Below the pieces are notes generated by a model. The model was not told the DNA's origin, ran no database searches, and saw nothing but the letters and a program-made list of their open reading frames with translations. Made by a program: the position numbers and the translations under genes. A DNA stretch of 63,401 bases, counting the filler, from Octopus bimaculoides (Eukaryota): NCBI RefSeq assembly GCF_001194135.2. It is 6 parts of 6 records of this genome, joined end to end, with 100 filler letters (N's around TTAATTAATTAA, not from the genome) between each part and the next. Parts side by side here need not be neighbours in the genome. Positions count along the whole stretch, not along the records: positions 37,629 to 46,202 come from NC_068981.1; positions 46,303 to 53,267 come from NW_026390533.1; 4 more parts are not named here. The stretch is one strand, 5' to 3'. Positions 37,629 to 51,923 of this stretch are shown in pieces. Position 1 is the first letter of the stretch. Every line of letters begins with the position of its first letter.

Positions 37629-38129
37629 ATATATATATATTTATATATATATACAACGGGATTATTTCAGTTTCCGTCTACCAAATCCACTCACAAAACT
37701 TTAGTCGGCCCGAGGATATAGTAGAAAACACATGCCGTAGATACCACGCAGAACCATGTGGTTGGTAAGAAAGCTACTTACCACACAGTCACTCCTACTC
37801 CTATAATTCCTATATCTGTTGTTTGGTTTATGTGATCTAACTGATACATACATATATATAGAATTAACATAAACAACATTTTCTAATGTTTCTTCAAGCG
37901 TGAGAATTACAAATGTCACTAAATGTGACTAGGGTGTTACAAAACACCTATATTGCTAGAAATAAGAGCTAAATCGCTCTAATACTGTAGTTAAGGCACA
38001 GGAGCATAGTCGTCCGAAAAGTGCCGATCGAGAAGTCTTAATACTGTACACCATCACAACGTTACGGTATGAGAACTTAGTCAGGTGAAGCGTACGGGCC
38101 AGGAAGAATTGCCCAAGGCAATGTACTAC

Positions 38130-39010
38130 CAACAAAAACTGATAGATCCACACGTAACAATAATCCTACTCCTCATAACACATCAGATTTTTCCAGCCCT
38201 TTACAACAAGCTAGATCATATAAGTCAAACAGCAGATATTGGAATTATGATGTCCTCGGGTCCAAAACAATTTTTCTGTTTGCATGATTCAACTAAGATC
38301 GCTGGAAAACTTTTTGCCGCTTTAGAAAAATGTTTTCCTAAATTTAATAAGGTCCATGATATTCTTAATCGGCACACCACGAAGCTATCCTACGCTAGCT
38401 CTACTAATTTGAAGCAACATATGCACCGCATAAGCAATAAGAAAGTGGAAGAACAGTTCAATAACCCACCTACTGGACATAGCAAACATGCGCATCTAAA
38501 TTCCAACGAAGGAGATGTACATTTTAACGAAAAGGAACAAATACGGCCACATTGTGATAGTGGAAACGATTGATATAACTAACGCGGTAACAACGTCGGA
38601 AAATGAAGTCAGAACTGCCGTATATGCAAATAAATATAATAAATGCTCATGAAGGGAGACATCAAAATGCCCATTGATGCAGCTCTGTATGAGTACAAAT
38701 CTTGAATACAAATGTACCGTGCACACAAGAGGAGGGCAGTATGTTTACATCCGGCAAACAGCTTATTCATTCACGAATCGTTACGCAAGCATCTCACCAG
38801 CTTCAAGAGAAACAATAAGAGACATTCAACATCTTTGGCTGAATTTGTGTGGCGACTGAAGGAAGATTAAATTAAGTATAGCATAACGTGATCTATAGTA
38901 AGGCATGGGAAACCATACAATATGATTTCCAGGATTGCCAACCTTGCTCCGCGGTATCCTTGTCTAATCTGTGCACTAGGGAGAACATCATTAACAGAGT
39001 TTTTGAAACA
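38130..39010 (+). mobile_element. Degenerate Penelope-like element (RT thumb + GIY-YIG endonuclease)
   Basis: KCFPKFNKVHDILNRHTTKLSYASSTNLK (ORF 38085..38573), then CPLMQLCMSTNLEYKCTV...YVYIRQTAYSFTNRY (ORF 38674..38859). Confidence 0.75.
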
Positions 39011-42000
39011 CTCTCAAGATGCCTACACGCATATAAATGTACTGTCGCACAGTGCAGTGGGAATGAATTTGAGTAACTGTTAGCATAGTTTAATTTAAGG
39101 CATGGATGAATTAAGTTTAGCTTTAACCTCCCCGTTCTTATTAACACGAAGTAGATATTTAATTTGTCATGTGCGCATGCTTGCGATTTCGTGGGTACTT
39201 GAATGAGCGTGTGTACATGCGCCAAAAATGGCTGAAGTGCAGCTAAGCATTTTGCCCGCTGTTCTGATTATTCTGGCAGCTCCCTGCCCTAGATTATATT
39301 AATGTTATAATGTACATAATATATCAATATTAGCATAACTTTAGAATTGGTGAATGCTAACTTCATCTCTCAATCCGATAGTAACTGGAATTATTCCAAT
39401 AGAATCATCGTATCAATAACGAAACAAAGACATAGTTGCTACTTCTGCGATTGGCTTGCATGAAATAGTGACTAGCATTATCTCCTCACCCCTATACGTT
39501 GTGTATATTAAAATAGTGCGTTAAGTTAGAAAGAAAATGTGCAAAGTGACGTTTACATTAGGCCACAAAGAAAATGGGCACCTTAACAGTTACAATTCCT
39601 TCATTATAATTCTGTTGGATCAAGCTTTTTATTATGTTTCCAAAAAAGAGGAGAACAATAGTAACAACGTCGATAATAAGGGCACATATCGTTGTGTTGT
39701 TTATGCTTTATCCTGATGATTTTCTTCGCATCTTCTATATGACTCTTTCCTGTTCATGTGCTAATTGTAAACAATATTGGAACCACTATCTCAGCCTGCT
39801 ATACCTGTTTCTGTCCATTTGTATCCTTCAAATATTTCATGTATTTTGTCAACAGGGCTCCAGATACACGCAATCGTTCATTTCATGTATTTAAATATTA
39901 TAGAAACACACTTTCAAAATATAATCCTCAGCAGGAAAATGCCTGGTATTATTCCATTATGTTAAGTTACAATATTTCATATTTTAGTGCCAACTCAATT
40001 ATACAATGATCTAAGTATTCAGAATTATATATATATGTCCTAATTGTTTCATTTAATTTTGTTGAATGAGCACATTTGTATAATAACGAAATCAGAAGCT
40101 AAAAGTTATTTCTAGTCTACAGCAGAAGGAATATGTCTCATATTTATTACATAAAGCTTTACATAAAGCATTTTATGTATTTTTGAACCGTGTGCATACT
40201 TAATTGTCAGGAGAAATTTAGTTTACAAAAGAAATTTCAATAGACTTCCTCAAAGATTTATACGACTACGCTTCAATTCCTGTATGATTCATGAGTGTCG
40301 AGAATAATATTGCATTATAGAAGGAAGATCGGTTTCAAAGAATAATTTTCATTTCAAATCTTGTTGGAAACAGAAAATTGCTACCATTTTTCTTTTTTTT
40401 ATTCAATGAATATCAACATCTCAGTTGCATATTTTTTCAGCAGATTACTCAATTATTTACCGGCAAGTATCATTTTATCTCCGAAGTTATGTAAGGCAAA
40501 TATTTTGCCTAAACGTGTATGTACATACACATACACACAAGTAAATGTTTTCACGTGAGCATGTATATATTTTTATATATGTGATCATGAGTGTTATGTG
40601 CATGCATGTCACTGTACGTACAGTAACTTTAGGTATCTCTTTTCGGAACAAAGGCCATGTATATCATCTACACTTACCTCCTTTCCTATCTTTCATCACG
40701 AACTTGGCGAATTTTCTGCCGTTCTTCTTTGCATTTTTATGGTATTACATTTCCCTGTAAATTTCACCCAACAAGAGTTTTAAATTTCAGTTTCTTGTTC
40801 TGCGTAGTTTTATGGATTCATAGATCCGAGCTCCAATATCGACTTGTTTCTCTTTGTCCAAAGGCATATGAAATAAATTACAAGTAAAAACATGTGTCGC
40901 ATTGCCTGTATTAAAGAGCAACGTTAGTAATCAATTTAAAGAACAGTAGTTGTAGTAGCAGAAATATGAAATTCATTAACGAATAGCAGCTTGCATATCT
41001 GCGTCCAGTTTGTCAGGAGCTAGAATAGTCCATCGTTGAATGATTTTTCTTGTTACTGTTTGTCTCAGCCATCGCCTACGACAGTAAGTTTGATTACAGA
41101 AGGAGAAAGTAATATATTGGAAGAATAAAAGATTCCCATTACTCAAAAAGCTATATTAGCAATCGAACTACATTGGAGAAGATTATGCTTATATTGTATT
41201 ATAGCAATAAATTGATTGCAAATATTTTATGCTTATTTATGATTTTCTATTCCCACAGTGTACAAGTTCGTGACATCCAATATACCACCTATTCTTAATC
41301 AACCTCTTGTTAATATTGTTTGAAAGCTATTTCTCGAAAACAAACACTTCAATCAATTACAGATATTCTTTGATAATTTGATATTATCTAAGGATAATAT
41401 CAAAACGTCCACCAATGGGATTTTATCTCATAAATCTGTTGGAGAGTGGCAAGTAAAATGGTCACCATTGGTTCATGACACAATGAAAGAATTCTTTTTT
41501 TTAAAGGAAACATCTAAGTGAAATTCTAATGTCATTAAATACTGTGCCAATCACACTTTATTTGCCAATATTTGATTAAAATTACACATGAATGTAAAAA
41601 TTTAATGAATGAAAATCGAAATAATCTTTGCAATTACCTGTTGCAAATATATTTAGTTTCGTACTCTTATGCATATGTCCGCATTCTCTTTGGACGTACT
41701 TATTCGCTACTAAGGACTTCGTATGTTACTGATGGATCTATAATATATGCACAAATGATCCCATTAATGTTTCAGATATTTTAACCATTCACTGACTTAC
41801 CCTAACATACACGAACTCGCTTTAAGAAATATGAGTACATTGATGATATATTTCTTAAGTTAACAGGTTAATATTTGGGAAATATTATATTATACACTTT
41901 TAGAAATGCATTTCAAAATCAAATGAGATGTGTTAGATTGGATTAAAGTATTAAATACTATTATTCACCACGTATTTGCTTCCGATTTTAAACAAATTCT

Positions 42001-43679
42001 AGGCATTGAAGATGCGATGGAATACTAATCTATAGTATATTAAGATGAATACATTTTGGTGCTCAATTCAGATAACGCATTACTGATACAATAATATGAG
42101 TACATGTTTGAAACATATACAATATAAAATTAATAAGCCAGCTATTTCTGTCAATTAATTTAACGTTTTTATATGTGCATATGAGTATGTATACGCTGTG
42201 TGTTTGTGAGTGGGAATATGCGCGGGTTCGTGTCTTCGCGCTTCTGTATGTACACATATTAGTTTATGCTTCTAAAAGAATGAAACCATGTAATAATATC
42301 CGATTATTACATGGCAAAAGTGTAAAATAGTTCATGCTTAAGAGAGATACATCTATCTCTCGTTTGAATGCATATCACGTTCTTTCTGTATAAGCGTTTA
42401 TTAATTACTGAATGAAACCGCCCAGAAAACCTGGAATGCGTATTCGTAAAATCAGCACAAGTGGATTGGAGCCCGTTTTTGATTGAAATAAGTACCGATG
42501 AGAGTGGAAGAAAGGCGAGAAGAAACATCTCAGAAATGTAACACATCTTTTCTCATATGAAACATAAAAACAGTAGCTTCAATCGTGTCAGGTAGAAACT
42601 ATGGCAAAACCTGTCACCGAAGTGATGAACAATTACAGAAGTACCCTTGCCTTTCTAACAAGAGTTTCAGGGAAGCTGCTTGTTGTGCTATATCTTGTGA
42701 CATTTACCTCATCCTATTTATAGACCACCGGAGATCAATACTGAAGCAGAAGCTAGTGCCCCGCCATATCGTTTAATAACATAGACAAACTTCTTCAAGT
42801 GTCGACATGTCTTTGCATGTCCGAGTTGATCTTTGACTACTTCACAAATATGTATTCCTTCAGAAATTGTCGACCGCTTGCAACTAATTGGCAACGGGCA
42901 TCATGATCATGAGTTACTTCCATGTTCACAATTTTCCATTCCATATGTTGACTGTTTCAGTTGGAGAGTTAGCAATTTTAAAAACGTAGGGGAGGCAAAG
43001 TCGACAGACAAGCAGAGAAAAAAAAAATGAGACTGAAACTACATCAGCTGGAGCAGTACAAGTAAATCAATGACAGAAATCAGCACAGCAATGGCGATGA
43101 ATGTTTTCAAGTGACTGAACATTGTAGGTAAGAGAGAGAAAAATGTATCCAAAACTGATAATCACTCATACAATATGTAAGAATGAGCCCGCTTAAATTC
43201 CTTTCATTCCAACGGGAAATTAAACGGGCCAAATAAAAACGCAGGAACTATTATCTTTTTCACATGGTGTCCTCCATGGTTTCCAAACATGATTTCTTAT
43301 TACAAGTCTTAAACAAAAGAATACCCGATATAAAGCCCAAACCAATAGCTCAAACAGGTTTTTAATGTCGCTGCCTATTGATGCAAAAAATTATTTGTGA
43401 AAATATCGTTATCCATTGCATGAGTTGATTGATCATATATCATTTCATTCAGTAGATTTTTTTTTGCTAGTTCGAAAACTAGCGTGGCCTTGATTTATAA
43501 GCTTAGCTACATCTCTGAATCAATGATATCGATGTAAAGAAATACTACACTGATTTCAAGTAACTTCTGAAATACACAATGAGAAGTAAACAAATTGCGT
43601 CTTTTTCAATATTCATTGCTGCAGAATTTGGAAACCTATAACAGCACTCCTGCACTTATTCCGAATATGTTTCACTTAC

Positions 43680-44080
43680 TCTTCTACTTTTTTACTTGTT
43701 TCAGTCATTTGACTGCGGCCATGTTAGAGCACCGCCTTTAGTCGAGCAAATCGACCCCGGGACTTATTCTTTGTAAGCCTAGTTCTTATTCTATCGGTCT
43801 CTTTTTGCCGAACCGCTAGGTGACGGGGACATAAACACACCAGCATCGGTTGTCAAGCAATGCTAGGAGGACAAACACAGACACACAAACACACACAAAC
43901 ATATATATATATACATATATACCACGGGCTTCTTTCAGTTTCCGTCTACCAAATCCACTCACAAGGCTTTGGTCGGCCCGAGGCTATAGTAGAAGACACC
44001 TGCCCAAGGTGCTACGCAGTGGGACTGAACCCGGATCGATGTGGTTGATAAGCAGTCTACGTACCACACATCCACTCCTA
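43680..44080 (-). mobile_element. Full-length family B SINE, CpG-intact
   Basis: Near reverse complement of 2664-3072. Confidence 0.85.
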
Positions 44081-46052
44081 GTTATATATTCCCTATTGTC
44101 CGGAAAACTTTTGGATGCATATATTTTGTCTTTTAATTTTTATTTTTCCAGTAAAATTAAACTTCAATTATTCGGTGAATTCTTTTCAAAGATTCAGTCC
44201 AACATATTCCTGTTATAATTTAGACACACAATTAGCTTCTTAATTGTTGTTTTCCAAAGTTGTACATATATGTATTTTTTCAAGTAGAAAATTTTATAAA
44301 TAAGATATTTTTATAGATTGATGATTCATATCTTTAGTGTATCAGCAACGTGAACGATTGATTATGAATAAATTCAATCAAGGAGATGAGAAAAGATAAT
44401 GCTGTAGCTGGACTCCAATACAGTGGCAAATAGCAAGCCAATCCGTTTGAGGTGATACGCCATCATCGTTTGAAAAGTCGCCCATTTACACCCGAGAGAA
44501 ATGTGAAACAAGAAAGATAAAATCATTATCTGTTATCCTTTATTCGTTTCACTCATTGGACAGCAGCTATGCTGGGGCACCGCCTTGATTTCGTTTTAGT
44601 CGAATGAATCAACTATGGTACCTATTTTCTAAGCCAGGTACTTATTCTATCGGCCTCTTTTGCTGAGTAGTGAAGTTACGTTGATGTAAACACACAAATA
44701 CTGGTTGTCAATCGGGCACGGGGCGGGGGGAACTCCGACACTAACACACACACATATATACGACGAACGTTTTTCACTCACAAGACTGGTCAGCTCGAGA
44801 CTATAGCAGAATACATTCGCTGAAGGCGCCCCAAAATGGGAGTGAACTCGGAGACGAGTGGTTGGGAAGCATGCTTCTTAACACACAGCCACACCTACAC
44901 TTCCTCTCAGGTCCCCTTTAGCAGTACCTAAGTAAATTTTAAGCAATTGCGTGTTCATATTTTCTAACGAAATACCCATTACTATCGGATTTGTGCGTAT
45001 ATAATGTTTTACGTATTCAGTCATCAATTATAAATTTATGACAATTTTTTGGTGATACAGGCCAGTGTTTGTCTCTTATGAAACGATCAGTATTAAAGTT
45101 TAATACAAAATATCCTGCAGCCTTGCAATAAATTTTACATATACTTTTATTAGTTTCCGCACTGTTATCACTCCTACTTGTCCGTTTCGAATATCAGTTA
45201 TTGGTTTTTGATTATTTGGCCAAATCTCATATTTCTTGTGAATCTCCTTCAGGTTTTCCATTTTAATGATGGCTTGCTTATTATACCGAATTATCCGTTT
45301 CATTCTTCGCTGATTTAGACGCTTCGGATCCGTTTATTAATACTTAATCATAATTTCCATATATAGATGGATGAACAACATACGTCGTGTGATAATCTGC
45401 AGATTGTAGCAACATTACGTTAGCTACTTGCAATTTCCCATCCCACATTGTTGCAAACTTTTACGCAACAAAAATATACAAAACACTTCAATTGAGATGA
45501 AGGGAGTGTTTTAGGTAATGATTCGTCATTACTTACATTTGGCATTTCAATTAATATTAAAAATAATTTCATTTATATTTGCCAGGGTTTAGAATAATGT
45601 AGTATAGCTTAATTGCTTTACTCAATTCTGCAATCATATTCATATTGAAATTTTAAATATCATATTATATCTTATGTAGTAGACCATAACAGCATATTAA
45701 AATAGATATAGGGAAAGTGATTTATACATACATGTAAACGTGTGGATAATGGTTAGAATGTCGCACTCATGATCGCGAGATCCTTGGTTTGATTCAGGGA
45801 CCGAGCAGTATGTTCTATACTTCAGTATAGTACTTCATTGCATGTTGCTCCAGCCCACTTAACTATCGATGGTTATCACCGCAACGAGCTTGAATTTCAG
45901 TCGGGAGTAATGTTGGCCTGCAGTCTTAGCCACCAGAGTGGCGTTATTCTAAAGCTAATACATTAAAAAAATCAAAGAGGACATCGTGCCTCGCGATTCA
46001 TTAAAAATACCATAGTCTGAGTAATCACGGTTCATGTAACATTACGCCCCCC

Positions 46053-46091
<39 letters not shown>

Positions 46092-46202
46092 AGAAATGAG
46101 GGCAGGGAATCGTCAATTAATAATAGAACTAACAATTAACAATTTTGCCAAGCAGTTCAGTATGAAATAAACCTTTATCGGTAAGACCATTTATCATCAT
46201 AA

Positions 46203-46302
46203 NNNNNNNNNNNNNNNNNNNNNNNNNNNNNNNNNNNNNNNNNNNNTTAATTAATTAANNNNNNNNNNNNNNNNNNNNNNNNNNNNNNNNNNNNNNNNNN
46301 NN
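46203..46302. other. Artificial scaffold join (N44-TTAATTAATTAA-N44)
   Basis: Same spacer as at 22868. Confidence 0.95.
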
Positions 46303-47730
46303 GAGTCAACCTAACTAAAACCAAAGTCCTAATAAGTAGGAAAGCAGACAAACCACAAATCCCTTCAGGTAGATGGCCCTGCTCAATCTGTAGAAAAGGC
46401 GTAGGTAGAAACTCTATAAGATGTTCCCAGTGTAAGCTATGGACACATAAGAGGTGCAGCAATATCAAAGGAGGGCTAACTGGGTAGATAGTTTTTGTAT
46501 GTGGTAGATGCTGAGGAGCAATAAACACTGAAAATGTGTAGAGAACAACTTCCACCACATTCCAGGGAGAAAAAAGTAGAAGTAGTTGATAGCTTCCATT
46601 ACCTAGGTGACCAAATCAGTAACGGGGGAGGGTGCGCTGAAAGTGTAGCTGCTAGAATAAGAATATCCTGGGCAAAGTTCAGTGAGTTCCTACCTCTGCT
46701 GGTGACAAAGGGCCTCTCGCTCAGAGTAAAAGGCAGACTGTATGACGCATGTATATGAACAGCCATGCTACATGGCAGTGAAACATGGGTCGTGACTGCT
46801 GAGGACATGTGTAAACTCGCAATGAATGAAGCCAGTATGCTCCACTGGATGTGTAATGTCAGTGTGCATACTCGACAGAGTGTAAGTACTGTGAGAGAAA
46901 AGTTTAACCTAAGATGCATCAGATGTGGTGTGCAAAAGAGACGACTGCGCTGTTATGGTCATGTGGTGAAAATGGATGAGGATAGCTGTGTGAAAAAGTG
47001 CCGCACTCTAGCGGCTGAGAGAACCTGTGGACCCAGGAAGACCTGGGATGAGGTGGTGAAGCACGACCTTCGAACATTAGGCCTCACCGAGGCAATGACT
47101 AGTGACCGAGACCTTTGGAAATATGCTGTGTGTGAGAAGACCCGTCAATCCAAGTAAGACCATTACCCATGGCCTATGGCAGGGGTGTAACCAGCCCACT
47201 TATGCATACCTTTCCTTCATTGGACACTAAACTCTGCTTGCGAAGACCTGTTGAGGCAAGTGAAATCGAATTCAAATGAAATTCGATGACTGCCCCCCGT
47301 GCCAGTGGACCACTAAGAGCACCGTCCGAGCGTGATCATTGTCAGAGCAGCTGTCTGGCTTCCGTGCCAGTAGCACGTAAAAAGTACCATTTAAGCGTGA
47401 TCGTTACCAGCGTTGCCTTACTGGCACGTGAAAAAAACACTCGAGCGAGGTCTTTGCCAGTGTCGCTGGACTGACTCCTGTGCAGGTGTCATGTAAAAAA
47501 CACCATTTGAGCATGGCCTTTGCTAGTACCATTTGACTGGCCCTCGTCCCGGTGGCACGTAAAAGCACCCACTACACTGCCGGAGTGGTTGGCGTTAGGA
47601 AGGACATCCGACTGTAGAAACTCTGCCAGATCAGATTGGAGCCTGGTGCAGCCATCTTGTTCACCAGTCCTCAGTCAAATCGTCCAACCCATGGTAGCAT
47701 GGAAAGCAGACGTTAAACGAGGATGATGAT
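46303..47730 (+). mobile_element. RTE LINE 3' half: RT C-terminus with PHD finger, 3' UTR tandem repeats, (GAT)n tail
   Basis: RVNLTKTKVL, VDSFHYLGDQIS, ARIRISWAKF, AMLHGSETW, RRLRCYGHV and KTWDEVVKHDL (ORFs 46534..46758, 46765..47157). Stops and frameshifts present. Confidence 0.92.
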
Positions 47731-47913
47731 ATATATATATATATGTATATGTGTATATANNNNNNNNNNNNNNNNNNNNNNNNNNNNNNNNNNNNNNNNN
47801 NNNNNNNNNNNNNNNNNNNNNNNNNNNNNNNNNNNNNNNNNNNNNNNNNNNNNNNNNNNNNNNNNNNNNNNNNNNNNNNNNNNNNNNNNNNNNNNNNNNN
47901 NNNNNNNNNNNTT

Positions 47914-47951
<38 letters not shown>

Positions 47952-48419
47952 TAGATAGATGAATAACTAAACTTGTGTATGTGTATATGCATCTGTGTAT
48001 ACTTAAATGATAGGTGTGTGTGTATAAATATGTGTATATATAAACGTCTGCATTGTGCAAATAAACTGGTTATAGAATGGAATAGTTATAGATTTAAAGC
48101 TCTGAATTTTCAAAATTTCAGTTAGATTATTTACTTATTTATGATTAAGCTTTTTCATATAGCTTCTATGTAAAGATTTAGAACTTATAAATATTTTCAT
48201 TTGATATTTTTTGTGAAATAGTTAAGAAGGCATGTTAATCAGATGAAACATCATTGCATATTTAAATGGATTCGATTATTCTTGAAAAACTTCGTTTTAT
48301 TAATGAAACTGAAACAGCTGTAATTTATTAGATGTGTCATTTGTTTGTATAAAATATTTAAATTGAATTGAATTCATAATTGTTCAATATAGTTTTGATT
48401 TCCCATTTCTGATTATATA

Positions 48420-48473
<54 letters not shown>

Positions 48474-48504
48474 TGTGTCTGTGTGTGTATGTATATATAT
48501 TCTC

Positions 48505-50400
48505 GTTATCATTGTTGTTTAACATCCGCTTTCCATGCTGGCATTGGTTGGACGGTTTAACTGAGGACTAGCAAGCCAGAAGGCTACACCAGGCTCCAAT
48601 CTGATCTGGCAAAGTTTCTAAAGCTGGATGCCCTTCCTAACTCCAACCACTCCAAGAGTGTTGTGGGTGCTCTTTACGTGCCACCAGGACAAAGGCCAGT
48701 CAGGCAGTACTGGCATGAACCACTTATGAATGGTACTTTTTACATGCCACCGGCGCAGGAGCCAGTCAGTCGGCACTGGCAATGACCATGCTCGAATGGT
48801 GCTTTTTATGTGCCACCAGCATGGGGGCCAATCAGGCAGCATAGGCAACAACCATGCTCAAATGGTCCTTTTTACATGCCACTGGCACGGGACCAGTCAG
48901 GGGGCACTCGCATCGACCACGCTTGAATGGTGCTTTTTGTGTTCCACTGGCACGGGTGCCAATCAGGCGGTACTGTCATCAGTCATGACATTGACTTGAC
49001 TTGACTCCACAGGTCTTCACAAGCGCAGTTTATTGCCCAATGATTGAAGGGAACTCTTAAATGGGCCGGTTATGCTGCACTGGCATAGGCCAAAGTTGCT
49101 GTCTCACTTGGCTTACCAGACCTTCTCAAGCACAACATATCTCCAAAGGTCATGGTCATTTGTCAACGCCACCGTGAGGCCTAACATTCGAAGGTCATGC
49201 TTCACCACTTCATCCCAGGTCTTCCTGGGTCTACCTCTTCCACAGGTTCCCTCTACTGCTAGGGTGTGACAGTCATGGCCCATGTTTCACTGCCATTTAA
49301 CATAGCTGTTCACACACACGCATCACACAGTCTACCTTTTACTCTGAGCGAGAGGCCCTTTGTCATCAGCAGAGGTAGGAGCTCTCTGAACTTTTCCCAA
49401 GCTATTCTTAATTTAGCAGCTACACTCTCAGAGCACCTACCCCTGCTGCTGACTTGGTCACCTAGGTAGCGTAAGCTAACAACTACTTCTACTTCTTTCT
49501 CCTGGCATGTGACGAAATCTGTTTTCTGCACATTTTCAGTGTTTATTGTCCCGACCATTTTCCACACACAAAAACTCTCTTCCCAGTTAGCCTTCCTTTG
49601 ATATTGCTGCACCTCTTAACTGTCCATAGCTTACACCGGGTACATCTTATGGAGTTTCTACCTATGCCTTTTCTACAGAACGAGTAGGGCCATCTACCTG
49701 AAGGGGATTTGTGATTTGTCTGCTTTCTTACTTTTTTCTGTCTGCCTGTCTCTCTCTCTTTTTTACTTTTGTGAAGTCTCGGTAGGTAGGTAGTAGCAGG
49801 TCTGAAGAAATATTTAATATGAGGGATGTGGGTTCTTGGCTGAGGACTGATCTTTGGTGGACCTATGCCCCTACCCAGAATTCTTCGCTATACTCATTAC
49901 CAACCCTCACCTTACTGACAGCATCCCTGTACATGATTTGTACAGCTCTTACTAACCACTCATCTATCTTTAGTTTCCGCAATGACCACCAGATAAGTAA
50001 TAGGGAGACCCTGTCAAAGGCTTTCTCCATAGCAACGAAAGCCAGGTACAAAGGTTTATCTTCGGTTAGATATTTCTCCTGCAGTTGCCTTACCAGAAAT
50101 ATAGCATCAGTGGTGCTTCTGCCTGACACAAAATCAAACTGTATCTCATCTAAACTAACTCTCTCCTAAATTAGTTGGCCTGTGACTTTCATTACCTGAT
50201 CCAACAACTTGATACCTCTGTAATTATTCATATCTAATGCATCACCATTACCTCTGTAGCAGTTGACTATGGTGCTGCTACACAAGTCATTGTGTATGAT
50301 TCCTTCATGTATCACCTGATTGACTATACGAGTGACTAGGGCATAGCCAACACCGCCAGATATTTTAAGCATCTCAGCAGTGATTCCTGATGGATCAGGG
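48505..50400 (-). mobile_element. Second RTE LINE copy of the same family, 5'-truncated, RT core deleted
   Basis: APDPSGITAEMLK and YRGIKLLDQVMK (ORF 50166..50453), GRSTTDAIFLVRQLQEKY (49863..50129), YLGDQVSS (49310..49612) and the 3' UTR repeats. The FADD/YADD region is absent. Confidence 0.9.
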
Positions 50401-50678
50401 GCTTTGTATATATATGTATATGTATACCTGCAGAAGGTTGAAATGTAACACACGAGTTGATATGTATAAGGAAAATAGGAAAAGGTAGAAAATGCTAAAA
50501 TAATTTTATCATGAAGTACATTTTAGTACCTGTTTAGAGTAAAGCATGGGAAACAATTAAACTGTGGAAAAATTAAATGAAATGTTTTTTAAAAATATTT
50601 CCATAGTTTTCAAATACTTGGGACATTTTCCTTTTTTCTGTCTGTCTCTCTTTTTTTCTCTCTCTCTCTCTCTTTCTA

Positions 50679-50770
<92 letters not shown>

Positions 50771-50774
50771 TGTT

Positions 50775-51922
50775 ACTCTTCTGAAGTCTCGGTTGATAGG
50801 TGGTAGCAGGTCTGAAGAAATATTTAATATGAGGGATGTGGGTTCTTGGTTTTGATTGTTTAAGCAGCTGTAGCCAAGGAAGAAGAAGAGAGTAGGAAAA
50901 AGGAGAGAGAGAATAAGAAAAAGACGGGAGTGGTATAACAGTAATAGGCTGTTAGTAGAGTCTTCTTAACTGGTCAAGTGATCTGAAAGTGACCTGTTGT
51001 GGTTATAGTAGTAGTGATTGGAATTGTTCTGAATGAATTCATGGGTAGTGACTGCTTTTAATATTTGTGTGGGTATTATTCTAAAGCCCTTGTAGTTGTG
51101 TCATTTGTGGTGGAAGCATTCAAAAGGGGTTTATATTTTGCAATAAAATATGACTCTTTGCTAATGAGCTGATTATAGGTTGCATCGTCACTGAATTTAT
51201 AGAGGGGAAAATTCTGAAGTTGGGTTGTTCGTTAGTGGCGAAAATGTCGATGTTTTCACTGAATGCTATTTTTCTGTATTCCTAAATTTTAATCTGGGAT
51301 CTATGTAGGGTCATCTTTTGGCATAGATTGTTTTTGGTTTGGCTTTTGTATTGCTCTCGACACCCTGAGCAAGTTAACATATATATTAGATTTTCCAAAG
51401 CACATGTGAAGTTGTTTTTCACTGTAAAACGTTGACCTTGTTTAAAACAGAACTTCGATCCCGCAATTAGGTCTTCCTAATTAGGTCTTCTACATTTTTT
51501 ACTAACAGCTTCAGTGTTGTTGCCAAGTGTACTTGGGCTTGTGTTAGGAGACTTTTCATAGACTTCGGTTGTCTTTTACTCTTTATGATGGTGTGTGTTT
51601 GGACGATTAAATACAATCTGTGGTCCCTTTATAGTAGAGGAATGTTCTGGAGGATGGTGTTGAAGACTTCATTGTTGAGGGGGTTGTGTGTGGAGATGTA
51701 TGGTAGAGCTTTTGGTTGTAAATCCTTCTTTAGTTTGGGATGTCTGAGTTTGTGGATGTTGAGTTGTAGAGCATGTTGAAAGCCTATATCAGTTAGTGAT
51801 GGTGGGTGAGTGTATTCTTCAGTTCATGTAGTCGTGTATCCCTGGTGTTTGTCTTAGAAACTATAGTACAACTCCTTTTTGCCAGGTGGAAGGAGATATT
51901 CATTCTAGTGTGTCTTGGGTGG
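50775..51922 (-). mobile_element. Penelope-like element 3' part (thumb + GIY-YIG endonuclease), degenerate
   Basis: Minus strand reads HPRHTRMNISFHLAKR, LPYISTHNP, MLTCSGCREQYKSQTKNNLCQKMTLHRSQI and KESYFIAKYKPLLN. Confidence 0.85.
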
Positions 51923-51923
51923 C

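Noticed and set aside
42863-43030. Possible exon after TTCCTTCAG (EIVDRLQLIGNGHHDHELLPC...)
   Set aside because: Weak donor, no recognisable homology and no partner exons.
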